Assembly (NCBI GenBank): GCA_051294375.1
Contig: CM119264.1
Location: 24,727,842 to 24,791,841, forward strand
DNA: 64,000 nt
From: Paraspadella gotoi
Taxonomy: Eukaryota; Animalia; Chaetognatha
Direction of reading: 5' to 3'
Shown one piece after another: positions 49,522 to 64,000 of this stretch. The translations under genes and the position numbers were made by a program. The notes under the pieces are model-generated. The model saw only the letters and a list, made by a program, of their open reading frames with translations, was not told the DNA's origin and searched no databases. How positions within the stretch are numbered: position 1 is the stretch's first letter; each line of letters starts with the position of its first letter.

Positions 49522-52500
49522 CTCTTTCTACTCTCTCTCTCTCTCTCTTCTCCTCTCTCTCTCTCCTTCTCTCTCTCCTCTTCTCTCTCTCGACAAAAAG
49601 CCTTCATTTTTCAATTTGAAAAGCCTCCACTCCGAGACAGGGAAAACACCAGCGCAAAATAGAATAATGCATGTCGACTGCTTAAATCCGCCGCCCGACT
49701 TTTTTACGGCTGCTGGAGTGGAAATGGTGAGGTGGTGGGGTAAAAGGAGCAGGGATGGAGGAGCGGTGTTGACGTTACAGTGCAGAGGGAACGGGAGGTT
49801 TGTTAAAAGCTGTGTGTATCCCGAATATGTTAATTTGTAAATCAAACAAAATGAAAGGAATGAAATGAAAAGGTTTGTCAAGCACATATATATTTTTGGT
49901 ATCTTAAATTGACAATTCTGAAAAAAAATCTTAATTTTTTTTTTTGAAAACGAGAATTTAATTTAAAAACGAATGGATCATGAAAAACGAAGATACAATA
50001 TATTTCTACTCGGTTTGAGGGGAATTTTCCCCCTCTCTTCTTATGACATGATACAGACTGTTTTTCGAAATGGGACAGACTGACGCTGGGCAATCGTTTG
50101 TTTGTTTTGCTTTTTCATCGTCGCTCAGAAAAAACGAAAAAAAAAGAATTAAACTGAACATAATTTTGGCGTCTGTGACATCAACCATCGTCGTTGTTTT
50201 CTTTTCCTCGCTTAAACTGACCTACTAATTTGAAAGAAAAAAAATATTGAAGACAAAGAAAAAGAGGTTAGATTTAAGGAAAGCGGAGAGAAGAGAGAGA
50301 GAGCAGAGAGAGAGAGATGAGAAGAGAGAGAGGAAGAGGAGAGACTGAGAGAGACGAGAGAGAGAGAGTTTTTTCTTTTTCTCTATCTTTCTCATTCATC
50401 GCGCATAAATTTCACTTTTGTTCCGAAAAACCTGGAATTCATTTTCTTTGTTTACAAAAGAGGAACCACCAGGATTCCAAAATTCCAAATTCTCTCTCTC
50501 TCTCTCTCTCTCTGCCTTTTTTTTTCCGCAAAAAAATAAATATTCGAGCTCGATTCTCAGTTCCTGGATTATTTAATTAAGTGGGGCGAGTTAATAACTA
50601 CGCGATAAAGTAATACCGCGTTGTTTTGAGGAACGAGAGTGTCATTGTTATTGCAGATTTGTTCTGCGAAATTTTTTTTTAATTAGTTTCGTCATTCATC
50701 TTTTTATTTTAGCTACAGAGTTAAATTTGTAATTTTCAAACTTGCCGCAATCTCTCGACATCGTCTCATGGCTCAATCCCGAAGGAACGCCCTTTTAGCG
50801 CGAGAAACTTGGTGGCCACCAGATGTGAAGTGAAAAACCCAAAAAAGTAAATGTAAACAAAGAAAGTGTGAAAATGATTTGAGGGTGAAGGCGAAGGAGT
50901 GAAGGTCGGAACAGGGTTAAGAACTTTGGGAAAGGATTGAGAGGAGGAGTAGGCGGGGTGCTAAATTTGGGTTTGGTTGAAACAGCGGATAAACAACAGT
51001 AAACATTAAAGTATAGTTAAACAATCAGTAAACAAAAATGAAGATTGGCAATCGCGCTGTCGTTTTCTGTTTACCTGACAAGATAAACAGATCAACCGTG
51101 AATGTGAAAGTTTATTGCACTGAGTACAGTAGTTGTGAGGATAAGGAAAAGCGAGTTAAGGTCATTTGGGTCAAAAGATTAGAAAAAAAAGAAACTATTG
51201 ATAGCAAAATTATCAATTTAAGAAATAAAATCTTTACTATAGCGATTATATTGCATTATATTATGAAAAATTGCAATATTATATTGTATTGTATTATATA
51301 TTATATTATATTGTCCACTAGAAAATTAGAATTGTCCAGTTGTTTAGTACCATTAATGAAAACACCAGAAAACTGTTAATACTTACAAATGATAAGAAAA
51401 GATAGCTTTTTAGGGCAGTTTAAAGAACTTGCCTAAAGCTCGCACTTTCGTTTTTTAATGAAAAAAAAGTTGAGTATTATAAGTTGGTGTATATGCTTGG
51501 GAAGTGAGAGGGTTGGGTGGGTCCAATCGGGAAAAGGAACTGCGATGGGTGAGTCCCATCTGCGTCGGATCTCAATTCTTTTTCCTTTCTCTTTCCTTTT
51601 CCTTCCCCTTCTCATTTTTCGCTTCTGTTAGCATAAAAAAAAAGGGAAAAAAAGAAAAAAAAAAGNNNNNNNNNNNNNNNNNNNNNNNNNNNNNNNNNNN
51701 NNNNNNNNNNNNNNNNNNNNNNNNNNNNNNNNNNNNNNNNNNNNNNNNNNNNNNNNNNNNNNNNNNNNNNNNNNNNNNNNNNNNNNNNNNNNNNNNNNNN
51801 NNNNNNNNNNNNNNNNNNNNNNNNNNNNNNNNNNNNNNNNNNNNNNGAAAAGAAGTAAATCTAGAACCTAAAAATAAAATATTATGATTAAAACGAGAAA
51901 CCAGAAAAAAAAATGAGGTCTAAGTTTTGAAAGTGAAAAGTGAAAACGTCAGAAACAAAAGAAGAGTATGAATTGAAAAAATGGAAAGAATGAACGTTAA
52001 GCCGCAAGTTCATTAAAACGAGCAGACCGGTTTAGCCTGAAAAAATCTTTGATGGGATTTCTTATAAACCGAGTGATTAGCGAAAATAAAATTATAACAA
52101 ACATAACGGAACAATTAAATTTAAAAAATTCGACTAATTAAGTTGAAAAATCTCTCTCTCCCTCTCTATATTTTGTCTCCATCCGGAACTGATATATTCT
52201 TTCATTTTACGTAAACATAGTCTAAACTTTTAAATTGATTAACAATTGTTACATCTCCTAATTCTAATGCCGTAACGGGATTTGGCGACTGGTGAGTGCA
52301 GAGCGCAGAGGCGTTCGTCGTTTTCGCTCTCTTGAGTTTCCCTTTTGTTTTCGTCCAAATTTTCCTCGGTTGATCGAAAAACAAAAGAAGCTCTTGACGT
52401 CGGAGATCGAAAGAGAGATGAGAGGAGCTAAGATCGAGTATAGAAGAAATTAAGGAGCAAGAATAAGGGAGCGAGAAAAAGGAGTAAGGATAAAGAATCA

Positions 52501-53124
52501 AGGATTTAAAGTTAGAATCGAATGTTCGAATACCACTTACCGACGGATTTGGAAAGGTAGCAAGATAAAAAGATGAAAAAGATTAAAATACATTTAATTA
52601 GAATAGGCAATCGGCATTTATTGCACTGAAATCTAAAAAAAAGGCGAAAAGGCAATAAGAGTGGACCAAAATATATAAGTAATAGTTAATGAGTTATTTT
52701 ATTAAAGAAATCGTATTCGTCATCGTTCCGTCATCGTCGTATTTATCGACGTCCCCGTCGTCCCCCGAAATCCCCGGAACCGAAGTCCACGATTCCACCG
52801 GAAGTCAAGAGTCAGTCGGTCTCTCTCGCCGACATTCCGCCTGAGACCGATGACGACGACGACGACGATATAACGGACGNNNNNNNNNNNNNNNNNNNNN
52901 NNNNNNNNNNNNNNNNNNNNNNNNNNNNNNNNNNNNNNNNNNNNNNNNNNNNNNNNNNNNNNNNNNNNNNNNNNNNNNNNNNNNNNNNNNNNNNNNNNNN
53001 NNNNNNNNNNNNNNNNNNNNNNNNNNNNNNNNNNNNNNNNNNNNNNNNNNNNNNNNNNNNNNNNNNNNNNNNNNNNNNNNNNNNNNNNNNNNNNNNNNNN
53101 NNNNNACATGTGAAATTAACGATC

Positions 53125-53577
53125 AAGTAGATCAAAGCAGGGAATATCATTAGCTTAAAAAAAATACTAAGATAACTACTTAATGTGTTTCCTATTTTGA
53201 TGGCTAATAAAAACAGTTTCAAGTCATGGACTTTTCAAAGGCGCTTGGAAAGTCTGACGAACCACGACTTATTTGTTTGTAATAATTGTTTCAGTTTTAT
53301 GTACAAGACTAGCTCGGTGAAATTCAAAATAATTGTCAATGCAAACGTTAATTTCGATGTTTATTTAATTAAATTCACTTTCAACATTAAAACTAATGTC
53401 ACGGTTATTAAAGAATTACGATGCGACTTGTAGAGAAGAATCGGTAATGACCATCTACCTTTACTCTTCGCTCTTTCATTTTGATCTTCAGTTTGATCTT
53501 CTTCCCTCATTTGCATAAACTAAATCTCCTTTTGAGCCTCAGAAATCGAAGACTTTTACGACGCGGATTCTCCCTGG

Positions 53578-53618
<41 letters not shown>

Positions 53619-54440
53619 ATGACGTGTCGGATAAACTTTAGGGCAAAGATTCGAACTAACTAATCAACTATTATCACTAGCCGACGATCTAGCTAGAATT
53701 CCAAATTAGCTTTCAAATTTTACCGCAAAGCTCAATTTCATTTGTAAACATTACGACAGACACACAGCACTGCTGACCACATAACTTACTCACGACTCAG
53801 TAGATCAAACGCAGGGGCACTGTCATCTAGCTACAAAAAAATACTAAGATAACTCCTTAATGTGTATCTTCCTATCTTTGATGGCCGTATCCACAGCCCC
53901 ACTCATAAAACGCAGGTTTCCAAGTCATGCGACTTTTTCCAAAGGCGCTTCGGAAAGCCCTGAAAAGTCGACACCCCGACCACACCGCTCATCTTGTTGT
54001 ACATCGATGTGTCCTTACGTTCTTACTGTACTAGAACTTAGCTCGAGTGAAACTCAACAATAACCTGTCAATGCAAACTTAATCTTCCGATGTTTATTTC
54101 AATTAAATTCACTTCAACATCTAAAACTAGGTCACGGTTATAAAGCATTACGACTGCGACCTTGCTAGAGAACGAATCGGTAATGACGATCTACCTTAGC
54201 TCTTCGCTCTGTTCCACTTTTGATCTTCCAGTTTGATCTCTCCCTCATTTGCATATAACCTACAATCTCTCACTTTGCCACGCCCCTTCAGAAACTCTCG
54301 AAGCCATTCTTATATACCGATCTCGCTCGGGCCTTCTCATCACCCCGATTCTCCCTGGCCTCCATCTCTCGTCTCTCTCTCTTCTCTCCTCTCTCTCTCT
54401 CTCTCCTCTTCCTCTCTCCTCCTCTCTCTCTCTCTCTCCT
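53125..54440. repeat. noisy tandem duplication (53125-53620 vs 53798-54440), probable gap-fill artefact
   Basis: agtagatcaaa..gcaggg...aaaaaatactaagataact... is colinear in both copies. Copy 2 is insertion-rich and is followed by a 25-N gap. Confidence 0.88.
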
Positions 54441-54663
54441 CTCTATCGTTGCGCCATGCTTTTCTCTCTCCAGCGCAAACTCGGTATGTTTTTATCTCAA
54501 TTTTTTTCTTTCTTCTCTTTTTGTTGACTATTTTCTCACTAACTTTCGGTACTCTCCATGCCACAGATATCCTCTCTCATCCTCATCTCTCTCTCTCCCT
54601 CGTCTCTCTCCTCTCTCTCTTCTCTCTCTCTCTCTCTCTCTCTCGTATCTTTCTCTTTGCCCC

Positions 54664-54716
<53 letters not shown>

Positions 54717-56168
54717 TCTCTCTTCCTCTCTCCTCTCTCTCTCTCTCTCTTTCTCTCCTCTCTCAGTTTTCGNNNNNNNNNNNNNNNNNNNNNNNNNTTT
54801 TCACTTTCTTTTAAAACTGATGAGTGGGAGAAATGATCACATTTAGAATATATCTCTAGAGACCTGCGAAAACGTTCGTAAAAAATAATTAAAAATAATT
54901 ATAACAAGTCACGCTAAACTTGTTTTTGATCTTTTATTTCACTTTGAAAAAATAAAATTAATTGTATTTTTTCTTTGAAATTATGTAGATTATTGAGAAT
55001 TTCGAACTCTGCCTCCCAGCCTCCCACGAAGGTTGAATGCCCTATTAAGGTTTTGCAATTAAAGAGGTTTATGAAATAGAATGAACATTCCTTATATCAA
55101 GTTAGTAACGATTAAAACAAATTAAGAAAAAAAAATAATTTGAAAAAAATAAGTCCTACGGATGAAAAAAAAAAAAGAAAACAAATCTAAACTAAAATAA
55201 CTAAAATACTTAAAAAGATATGAAAAGAAATCATAACAAATGAGATTTAAAATAAAAAATAATAATAAAAAAAATAAAATAAAGTAAAATATACGTCATC
55301 GCGACGGATTCGCGCCAACGTTGAAGAAGAACTGAGTTGATGAACGAGTTGTTTTGAGAAAAGAAAAAAAAAACGAAGAAAATCCGTTTGAAGAAGAAAA
55401 AAAAAAGAGAGAAAACTATTAAATCAAAGCTTAAAGTTATTCATCGAATCCAGACATTGTCATTCTCTGAGATGCCTGCACCGATATTTAATAATAATTA
55501 AGTTTTCTTGATCCCATTAGGTTACAGAAGATTTTTGTGTTTGATGTCCAAGGTCCGTTTAATTAAAAAGCATAAGCATGCGCTTATATAAAAGCTTTGA
55601 GGAAGCGTGTCTGGGGGTTGGCCACCTCTTGTAATGAGCAATTATTAACAATTTTAACAACTAACCTACCTTTTCAAAGCCAAAAACAACCTCCAGTAAT
55701 TATAAAATTTTTTGTTTATCATATTTTTAAACTAAAAAAGGGGCGAGAACTTCATTCAAAAACATTGTTTAACAATTTTAAGAATTTAAGTTCTTTCGCT
55801 TTTTTTTTTTTATGTCAATTTGTCGGAAAAAATTAAATAACCAGACCTCCCAAAAAATAAAATAATATAAAAAGAATTGAATTGTTTAAAAAAATAGTAA
55901 TATTTTTGTATTTTCTCGAAAACTTCGCCTCAAATTTTCAGTTGAATATCCTTTCCTAGACACTTTTTATCGGCTAAACCGACTTGTTAATTATCGACGT
56001 CGACGTACGATTCTCGTGCTGTATGGTTACATTCGATCGACGACGACGGACGACGGCGAACGACGACCGGCGACGGACTCGACGAAGTGTTTTACCTTGT
56101 TCGTTAAACACTCCCGAATACTCTTGATAGTTTTAAAATATTTCGACTCAAAAGTCCAGCCAACAAAC

Positions 56169-56367
56169 ATTGAACTGAGACCGGTTTGATTGATGTTGGT
56201 CGTTGTGCTTAGGCTGCGGTGCCTCCTGGTAATTGTAATTGGGGTTGAAAGAAGAAGGGCTGTCTTCGTCGGTCGCAGATAATTGTGACCTGGGAATAGG
56301 TGAAGCTTGACGAAGATAGTTAGTGACAAGATTGTCTGCATATATGTGGCGAGCACTCGATCGAATC
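56169..56367 (-). CDS. possible internal coding exon (IRSSARHIYADNLVTNYLRQASPIPRSQLSATDEDSPSSFNPNYNYQEAPQPKHNDQHQSNRSQFN), unassigned
   Basis: tgtag acceptor and gtttgt donor bracket a 199-nt open, protein-like frame that is not in the ORF track. Confidence 0.3.
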
Positions 56368-58023
56368 CTACATATATATTGTAGTGGGCTTCTAAATGAA
56401 AAACGTTTACTTTAGCTAATATAAAATATAAACATCCCATAACATAATCATATTTCGTCGTGTAAATATCGAGTCTTCTTTAAAACATGCAATCAAATAA
56501 ACTCGCATGGTGTACGTTGCTACCCAATTTTTGGCTATTGTAACCATTTGTAAGACCGAGTGTTATGTAAGTCATCGATATCGAACATAGGTTATCGCGG
56601 CTCCTTTAAGAAACACGAGTCTCGTCTCCTCTCGGAGCGAAACGCTATTGGTGCATCGCTCGCCTTCCGTCCCCCTCCGAAAAAAAAAAAAAACAACCGA
56701 TTTGTAAGAGCCGGGAAAAAAATGTAAAGCCGAAAAATTCGAGAGCCGCTCCGGACCCCAAAATGGGTGACGAGGAGGCTACTCGATTGAACATTCCTTG
56801 GGCCGGGACGAACAAAGAGGAACCCCCACCCCTCTCGCCCGTCCGACCAAAAAACGTATCGTGATATCAACGACCCCAACTATCGCGCTTTACCCTTAAC
56901 ACCCCCCTCACCCTTCGCCCCCTCGCACCTCCCTCTACCTCCCACCTTCGCGGGGAAGAGCGATGCCCGATCAGTTCGACGAGGATCAACCGAATGATTA
57001 ATGGCACGCACCTACCGAGGGGTGTTCAGGGCGAGAGGGGGTGGCGCACAGGAGGGGGTGCTCACTGGTCAGGTGAGTGGCTTACTGAGGGCGGTTTATT
57101 TGACCCGGAATTATTGGGGAGAGTTGAAACGGGACTGCACTCCTTTAGAACCCATGGGGGGCATTTAAAGAAACGGTTTTTTTAATGCGGAGCTGGTGGG
57201 TGACGAACACGCAGGCTCGGTTATGGCATTGCCAGAGTGGAGGATGAAGGTTTTTGTCGGGGAAGTAGAACCAAATCCTTTTGTTTGTTTGGGAGATGAA
57301 GGATGATTGTGGTAAGAGTGACGCGTCGAATTGGGAGAGATTCGAGTGGAGGCCGGAGTTGAAAAATTATGCCGTGTTTTCAATTATAGGAGAGGGAGCA
57401 ACGTTAAAAAAAGTGGAAATAAAAAAAAGGATTTAGAAGAAGAGAAGTAATATCGGAGGTGAAACTCGATATGAATCGACTTTGTCTCCAGAGACTCGAC
57501 GGAATGAGAGAGAGAGAGAGAAGAGAGTTGGATTTTAGTACATGGGATAATATGGATACTAGAGAGAATGTTTGGTCCCTCAGACATCGAATGACTTTGC
57601 TTCCAGGTAATTCGGGAGGGGAGGAGGGGAAACGGGAATGTGTTGGAATGCAGATCCACGAATCAAACGATAAGAACGCGAAGTTCTGACTCGCGGTAAG
57701 TTTTCGCCGCTACACTTTGAGTTTATTCCAAACTCTTTCGTCAGTTAAAATAGTCGATGCTTTCCTTTGCTTTTCGTGTGTGAAAGTACTTTCGATAGTA
57801 ACGATGCACAACAGGTAACCCACTTATTTAAACTATATATTATAGTTATTACATATATAAATTTATGTGTCATTCGTTATTTATGAACATTTTTTAAACA
57901 CCAATTGAATTTGCTCTAAGGGCATATTGTAAAGGATATTTTTTCGGCCTCGTAATGACGCTTTTAAAACCCATTTTACGGTCACCTTCGGGATGGCGCG
58001 AAATTTTCACAGTTCCACGCTCT

Positions 58024-58089
<66 letters not shown>

Positions 58090-59702
58090 TCTCTTTCTCT
58101 CTTCTCGTTTCTCGTCTCTCTCTCTCTCTCCCCTTTTCGCCGACCAAAGCTCTCGATAACGAATCCGCATTATGATGACCATTTTTTTCTTTGCCACCCG
58201 AGAGTATTTGGTGAAAGACCAGAAGAAACGAGGAAAAAACCTAAGTTTTCGATAACAAAGGAGAAAAACAAAAGGCGAGAGAAAATGGAAACGACAGAGG
58301 AAAAAAAATGACAAGAAAAAGATCACATCCTTTTTGCAGCTGAAAAAAAAAAGGGAAAAAAAAGGAAGAAAACAAAAAAGGAAGCGAAATGTCGGAATGC
58401 TTAAAAAAAAAGGGGAGAAGTTTTTCTTCGCCGCCGTGCGCGTTTAAGAGGCTTTCACCCGCTTGCACGAGGCAGGGGAGGGGGAAAGACTAAGATACCT
58501 CTGAATGCCCACGCCCGAAGAAAACCCTGGGTGCATATTGAAGTTTTTCTTTCCCGCGTTTTTAGAAGTTTGTTCAAAAATTTCTTCAAAATAGTTTAAA
58601 TCACTTATTTCTAGATGAGCAGTTATAGTAACATTTTCCCGACATCTCCCGAAATAAACATTAAACATAACTTAAAAATTGAAAAATTTTTTAAAAAATT
58701 TCTGATCCTCAACGCATTCGATCGTTTCATTCAGGATCTGAATTTCCTTGGGAAAATTAAGTTACGATCAGTCGAATTGCCGGTAAGTTCCGGTTAAACC
58801 CAGAGGTTTAAACGGCCCTTAAAAATAGTGTGGAATTAAAAAGGCCATTAGGGGATTTCGTTGGTCGGTCAAAACAGCAAAATATCAAAATTGTCAGTTT
58901 CTTGGTAAAAAATAATTTCCATTACATAAAAGCTCAGTTGATTGAATATAATTTATTTATATTGGTGTACCCAATTTTCACATTCGAAAACACAATATAT
59001 GTATATATACGAGCAAAGCTTTTTTAAATATGGACAACGCGTTTATTCACGATCTGTTTTGGCAGTGTTTTGTTTATTTACTTTTATACTGTCGTTGTCC
59101 TAGCTCATTAGAAAGTCGATAATTTAACTAATATAATATAAGGAAACAATATCGAGCATCGGTTCAAAAAAATTGTTTTGACGTGTAATCTATGCAGGGT
59201 CGGATGACCGATTTCCTCCCGACTCACGAGTGGATTCGCCTTTCGTCTAACACGATCGGGTCGCTCACAAGATACGATCAACATTTTCTTCGCTTTGTGT
59301 TGTTTGTCTCTCCCTCGCTTTCGTTTTCTGTTCCGTCTGTTGTTCTTCTAGAGATGTTCTAGTCATTTCGATTCTGTTTATCAAAATTTGAAACGAGAAT
59401 CAAAATACGATTTAATCGTAAGGTGGATATAAACAACCAAAAGCTGAGATAAACAAAAGAGAATCTTAATTAATGATAGCGACGATAAAGGGGAAATGAG
59501 TCACAACATCCATCTGCTGTGTGCCATTATGTCAATTCACAGTCTCAAAATACAAATAATATTGCATCTTCTTTATAATGTAAAGCACTGGTCATAAGAA
59601 ATAACGGTTATGACTTTTTATTGCAAGAATTTCCAATGATTTTGGTTACCCATTGTTGAAATGAAATGCAATAACTTGATACCCAAATCGAGGGTAAGCT
59701 AA

Positions 59703-60053
59703 TTATACCTCCAATCCCACCTCGACGCCTCTTAATCCACTGTCTCTCCTTTTTCCCTCGCAGGAAGGCCGCATTTTCCGACGGCTGCCAGTGCCGTACT
59801 CGCTGATCCATGCATCGGCGGACGCCACGGTCAATTCGTCTCCGCCCGCGGCCGAGAAAAATTCGGCCTCGCGATTCGGGGGATCCAAATTCCGCGATCC
59901 CGACGACCCCGCCGCGGGCGCAAATTCAAATTCAGGAACGGAACTAAGAGAGACGTGGGGGAAAAGCGGGTAGGATTGAAGGGGATCGAGTAGGGGGCCG
60001 AATCGGCCTGTGAGGAAAGAGGCGCATGAAGAGGACTTCGTATGCGCGGACAT
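59703..60053. other. GC-rich coding-like island, strand ambiguous
   Basis: + strand has a strong acceptor ctcctttttccctcgcag at 59763 with open frames after it. - strand has a 116-aa protein-like ORF. Neither is recognisable. Confidence 0.3.
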
Positions 60054-62479
60054 TGGGAGAGACGTTTTGAAGTAAATTTGGACTGGGAGCAGATGGTGGC
60101 TAATCGCGGTGGAAAGGAAGAGAAGTTTTAGGGAAAGTAAAGGGAAGGAGTGGGAGGGGAATATAAGAATCTAATATATCTATATTATAGATACTGTTAT
60201 TGTGAATGAGGATAGAATAGGAACGAACGAAATAGTATCAGGACCCTGTACCAACCGACAGGACGTTCGTGTGGGTCGTTCCGTTGTCAAACCAGAGCAA
60301 GGGATATATATAACTTCTAACCATTTTCTCGTCCCGCTGGGGATGGCCGCCCAAAGTTGGTTTTTAAGAGATGATTCGTTTGAATCCCAAGAAGCCAAGA
60401 AACGGAAACGGAAGGACTCTCTCTCCAAATCGTCATTAAGATCACTCCCGAAATTAATCAAATCTAGTGTTCGTCGTCGTCGTCGTCGTCGTCGTTCCGT
60501 CGCCCTTTTTCCGTGACGTCACATCGTGATCTCGCGTCGCGACCGCAGACGTCCAGGTTGACAGACGAAATCGTCGCCGTCGTCGTTCGTGCGTCGTCGC
60601 CTACGTTCGTCGCTGTTCGTCGCCGCCGTCGTTCGCGCATTCACGTCCCCTTCTTTCTTCAGTACGATGTTTCCTTCGGTCTCCCGTCGTTTCCCACATA
60701 ACGCATCGGCTTTTCGCGTCCCATGCGCCACCATTCGTTAGATGTGTCGTCGTCGTCGTCGTGTCGTCGTACGTTTCGTTCGTCGTCGTGATTTTTCGTG
60801 TCACGCCGACGGCCACCCTCGGTCTGATGTCTCTCCTCGTCGTCGTCGTCGTCGGTCATTGACCGTCGTCGTCTCGTCGTCGGGTACGTCGTTCGTTCGT
60901 CGTCGTCGTCCAGTGCTGTGGCCCGTTTCATATATTCATGATGAAGATTCAGGACGCGAGAATGGTATTCCGTCATCCGAGAAAAAAAGAAGAATTATTC
61001 TCGTCCATTCCAGATTATCGTCAAAAAAAGCAGAAAAAATAAATGAAAAAAAGGAAAAAGTAATGAAAAGGAAAAAGTGATAGGAACCCGNNNNNNNNNN
61101 NNNNNNNNNNNNNNNGAACGTAATAAGAAATGAGGCAAGATGGAGTAATGTCTAAATAGGTACATAATCTGAAGTTACGTCAAATTTCTTACTTATCATA
61201 GATTAATTTTCATCTATAAAATTGAACAAAAGTAAGAACATGAACAAGAAAGTAAGAAATTGATTGTGAACCAGACAAGACTTGAATGTGCAAAACGTGA
61301 TTATTTATATTGAACAGTATCTGATAGTATGTGTTAAACTTAGTCAATATTGCAAAACTAAAACCCTTTCCCTGAAATTTAAAAAAAAAAACATTTAAAA
61401 AAAATCAAAGTAATAACAATTTTCTCCTCAACGTAACATTTTGACATTTACTATTTTCCCTTTTGTTCGTCGGTGGCGAATTAAATTTACGACTCGATCT
61501 TCGATCTTCGCTGCTAAACGGCGTCACATCGTCGACATTGTTTCGACCATTACGTTTCCAGTTTTGACGAGATTGAAAAAAAAAACAAAAAAAATCCTGC
61601 GGCGAAGAATAATTGTGTTTCCATAACAAAAGCTAAGGTTTTTTTTCTGCCCAGAGGCAGAAAGTACAGAGTGGTTAAGTAAAAGAGCTACGGTAAAGTT
61701 GTCGGCCGGTTTGATATAAAAAAAATATTTAATTACTAAGGTTAAACGATATTGAACACGTTACTCAATTGCCTTGAATACTTTCCTAATTTTATCAGTT
61801 CAATCAATATATCTGAAAAAAAAAAAGAAAAAAAAAACTTATTCAGTCTTTGCTTTTTATTATTATCTTTATTATCTTTCTTTACTTTACATGTATATAT
61901 ATATTATAGTTTTATTAAACGTTATAATATTCGTTTCCCACTAATTTTTTTAGTAGTTTAATAATCTGTGAAAATTACATTCAATTCGAGGTTTGATTTG
62001 ATCAGCACCTTTTAATTATACTTCTTTGTTGTTTTAACAAACGAGTACAGATTCAAAGGAATTTTTCGTTTCCTCAACCGGTTTATTTTTTTTTTTACGA
62101 CGACGACGACGACGACGACGACAACGACGACTACAACAACGACCAAGTTCATCGACCACAGAAAAAAAAACCGTTCTTCGTTAACCGTTCTTCGCCCGAC
62201 CCGTTGACAGACAACAAGAGATTGACCAGCGGCAGTCGATTTTGTAAGCAGCAAACGCAGCAAAAAGACGCGACAGCAGCGCCGCGTTCGGCTGCAGCGT
62301 CCGTCGCGTCTCTCGGCTTTGAATTTTCAATCTCGAATCCGACGTCGAGTGACGAGTGACGTTTAATCTCGACGACGCATCGAAGATGGCGCCTCCGTGG
62401 TGGAGACGGGAAGGAAGTCGGCGGACTTGAGATCTAGGTATGGAAACGGGACGGCGAAGGTCGCGGGATGGGTTCGATA

Positions 62480-63365
62480 GGAATGGGGTACTGGGATAGG
62501 GCAATAAGAACACGGACTGGAAGGTCGGGACTACGGGATCAGTGGATGGGACTGGGATAGTGAAGGGATTCATCGTGATGGGAAGGTCGGAGATTGGGAT
62601 AGGGGACGGGACTGGGATTAGGAAATGGGAAACGGGCACGGGAAGGTTGGGGGACTGAGATAGGAGACGGTCCCCGGACTGAGATAGGGAATGGAAACGA
62701 GACGGCAAGGTCGGGGTATAGGATTAGGGCGAGGGAGGATTGGATAGGAATGGGAAAACGGGACGCGGTAAGTCGCGGCGATTGGGATAGGGCCGGAGAC
62801 TGGGATTAGGAATGGAAAGCGACGCGGGAAGCGTTCGGGGATTGGGATATGCGGAATGGGGACTTGGATTAGGGAATGGAAAGGATGGCGTAAGGGGGGT
62901 TTTCCCCGGGGAGGCGAGGGGATTGCCGGCGACATAGGGACGGGATTGAGGATAGGGAATGTGCGAAATGCGATGGTTAGGTTACGCCGAGATTGGGATA
63001 GGGTATTGGGGAATTGGAATAAGGAATGAAACAGAAAGCGAGCGTTGGGGATTGGCGATAGGTGGTATGCGAGATAGCGAATGGAAATATGCGACGGAAT
63101 GTCGGGTGACTGGCGATACGGGATAGGGCACTGAGATAGGAAATGGGAACGGGACGGGAAGTCAGAGATTGGGATATGGGATGGGGAGTCTGGGATAGGA
63201 ATGGAAACGGGATGGAAGGTCAGGGGATAGGGGACGGCTGGCACTGGGATAGGGAATGGCATCGGGACGGGAAGGCCGGGGATTGGGATAGGGGATGGGG
63301 ATTGGGATCTGAGATTGGAAAGAAAACAGGGATACGGAACGGGAACGAGGAACGGGATAAAGGAC
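62480..63365. repeat. degenerate G-rich minisatellite, ~39-bp unit (GGGACTGGGATAGGGAATGGAAACGGGACGGGAAGGTCG-like)
   Basis: Recurring gggactgggat(t/a)gg(g)aatggaaac and gggaaggtc modules. Source of the Pro-rich minus-strand ORFs. Confidence 0.8.
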
Positions 63366-63519
63366 AGTGGTTGCGGACAGGAAACGCAGAAGGGCGACGA
63401 ACACTAGATAAGAGACAGGGATGGAGAACAAAAAAGACGATAAAAAGAATTTTAAAAACGAGAAACATGGATTTAAAGAATTAAACAAGAAGAAAATAGA
63501 AGAAGACAGCGCCTGACAA

Positions 63520-63790
63520 AAACGACAACAACAACAACAAAACAACAATGACAACGAAGACAGCAAAGTCAAAGACGGACGAAATCTCCCGAGGAGCTCG
63601 GCGACGTCAACGACGACAAGGATGAGAAAGAAGACGTCAATTGCAACGACGATAACGACAACAATGAAAAAAATTCGCCGACGAAGAAAATGGCGGATGA
63701 ACGACGACGACGACGATGACGACGACGTTAATGAAAACGGCAACGACGACGACGACGATAAAAAGGAAGAAGACGACGACGACGAGCACG
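63520..63790. repeat. (GAC)n/(AAC)n trinucleotide-rich low-complexity region
   Basis: Direct runs. Similar tracts at 24455-24530, 60470-60910 and 62097-62142. Confidence 0.9.
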
Positions 63791-64000
63791 CCAATTGACG
63801 CCCTCGCTTCCGCCAGATGGTGACTGCAGAAAGAAAAGAAAAACAGAGGCAACGTGAGTTCACAAAGATTTAAACCGTTTTTATAGTGTGAACGTTGAAC
63901 AAAAGAATGCAATGTGATACGGTTGAACACGGAATGATTACTCAAACTTGCGTCGTTAAACTAACTACGAATGATTTATCAAAAGCCAAGCTATACAAGC

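Noticed and set aside
54812-54846. Hammerhead-like CTGATGA...GAAA
   Set aside because: Stem II cannot pair (G/A) and there is no UH cleavage site after stem III.

Overview
AT-rich eukaryotic (invertebrate-animal-like) genomic DNA from a gappy draft assembly. It is dominated by (AG)n/(CT)n microsatellites, minisatellites, non-autonomous DNA transposons and several noisy tandem 'duplications' that look like unpolished long-read gap fills. Nearly all ORF-track entries are microsatellite or N-run artefacts. One intact spliced gene can be reconstructed on the + strand (4 exons, 47189-48919, 147 aa, with a DQGxGNxKG...GGGGGHxL motif pair and no known function). A disabled USP16/USP45-type zf-UBP gene fragment is tandemly repeated at 30.9-32.3 kb. 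The most notable signal is three small elements (24.7, 38.5 and 46.8 kb), belonging to two unrelated families. In each, a tRNA-like Pol III head is directly followed by a twister-ribozyme-like fold: circularly permuted (P5-type) in one family and P1-type in the other. Both families show the same departure from the canonical active-site loop and share a 3' TCTTCAGTC motif. All structure and family calls were made by eye, and no searches were run.
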